This document shows, piece by piece, positions 32,940-33,566 of a stretch of DNA of 33,566 nucleotides. The stretch lies in NCBI RefSeq assembly GCF_001194135.2, contig NC_068988.1:51619092-51652657 (forward strand), given 5' to 3'. The position numbers and the translations under genes were made by a program. Positions within the stretch are counted from its first letter, which is position 1. Each line of letters opens with the position of its first letter. Origin of the DNA: Octopus bimaculoides. Lineage: Eukaryota. Under the pieces are notes generated by a model that ran no database searches, was not told the DNA's origin, and saw only the letters and a list, made by a program, of their open reading frames with translations.

Positions 32940-33345
32940 AGGAAGTTAATGTTAGGCTGGGTCCCTTTCAAGAAGCGTGGCAGCATTTTAAAATCAAACC
33001 AAGTCTGCCTCTAAAGAAAAATCCAAAATGAAACACCTGTAGTCTTTTATAACACCTGCAGTCTTTTATGGATCAGAAACATGGGCCCTAACAGCAGAGA
33101 TGGAGAAGAAACTGTAAAAAAAGAGAAAATAGACTTGAGTAAGACACTTGGGACAGGCAGCTACTGGACAAAAGTCATCGGAGAACGGTGGTCAATGATG
33201 GAGAACTGAAAAGGAGAAAAACCACGAACAAAACATGGCTAAACAAGAGTGAAAAAATTCTGGATCATTGGAAACTGGCAACATCAAATGGGAGACTATA
33301 ATTATTGGTGATGGTATGCTGAGACTTTCATCCTATCGTAGATCA
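32940..33345 (+). pseudogene. RTE-clade LINE ORF 3' remnant
   Basis: ITPAVFYGSETWALTAEMEKKL (RTE hallmark PxLxYGxETWxL), then YWTKVIGERW...KGEKPRTK (cf. RWTKRVLEW.P..KRxRGRPxxRW). Stops and frameshifts are present. Confidence 0.8.
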
Positions 33346-33368
33346 ATAACAGCTGACAACACAATAAG

Positions 33369-33387
33369 CACACACACACACACACAC
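33369..33387. repeat. (CA)n microsatellite
   Basis: Directly visible. Confidence 0.95.
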
Positions 33388-33566
33388 GTACTCAAATGTG
33401 TATGTGTGTGCATTTGGATGTAAAAATAAAAGAAAACAGCATTTACTTGAAAGATATATTAAAGTTATTTGTTTGAAGCTAAAGTTTCATTCAATTGCAA
33501 CTGCAAATTTCCCATAAGTTGCACAGACAAGTAACAGTGGAGCAAAGACAGCTTCAAGTATATATA

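Overview
AT-rich, repeat-dense eukaryotic DNA from a gapped draft assembly (five N-runs). No prokaryotic features. The SINE and MITE families resemble those I recall from octopus genomes, so an octopod cephalopod origin is likely; this is an inference, not a database result. The supportable content is mostly transposon-derived. There are at least five SINE-like families in many copies, and several short TIR elements (hAT/Charlie-type, Tc1-type, two TTAA/piggyBac-type families, one long-hairpin MITE). There is also a Helitron-like 5' end, decayed transposases (rosa/DD41D-like, mariner), decayed non-LTR fragments (RTE, R4/Dong-like, possibly L2/CR1) and microsatellites. No long protein-coding ORF is present; most ORF-track entries are microsatellite, N-gap or repeat artefacts. 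The window reads like intronic or intergenic DNA. Several short minus-strand segments with canonical splice signals, including a 9-36 nt microexon-like cluster at 10.8-12.9 kb, can be chained in frame, but I do not recognise the peptide and chance cannot be excluded. I found no convincing new biological system. The best leads are the microexon/recursive-splice candidates and the dsRNA-forming inverted repeats, which are potential ADAR substrates.
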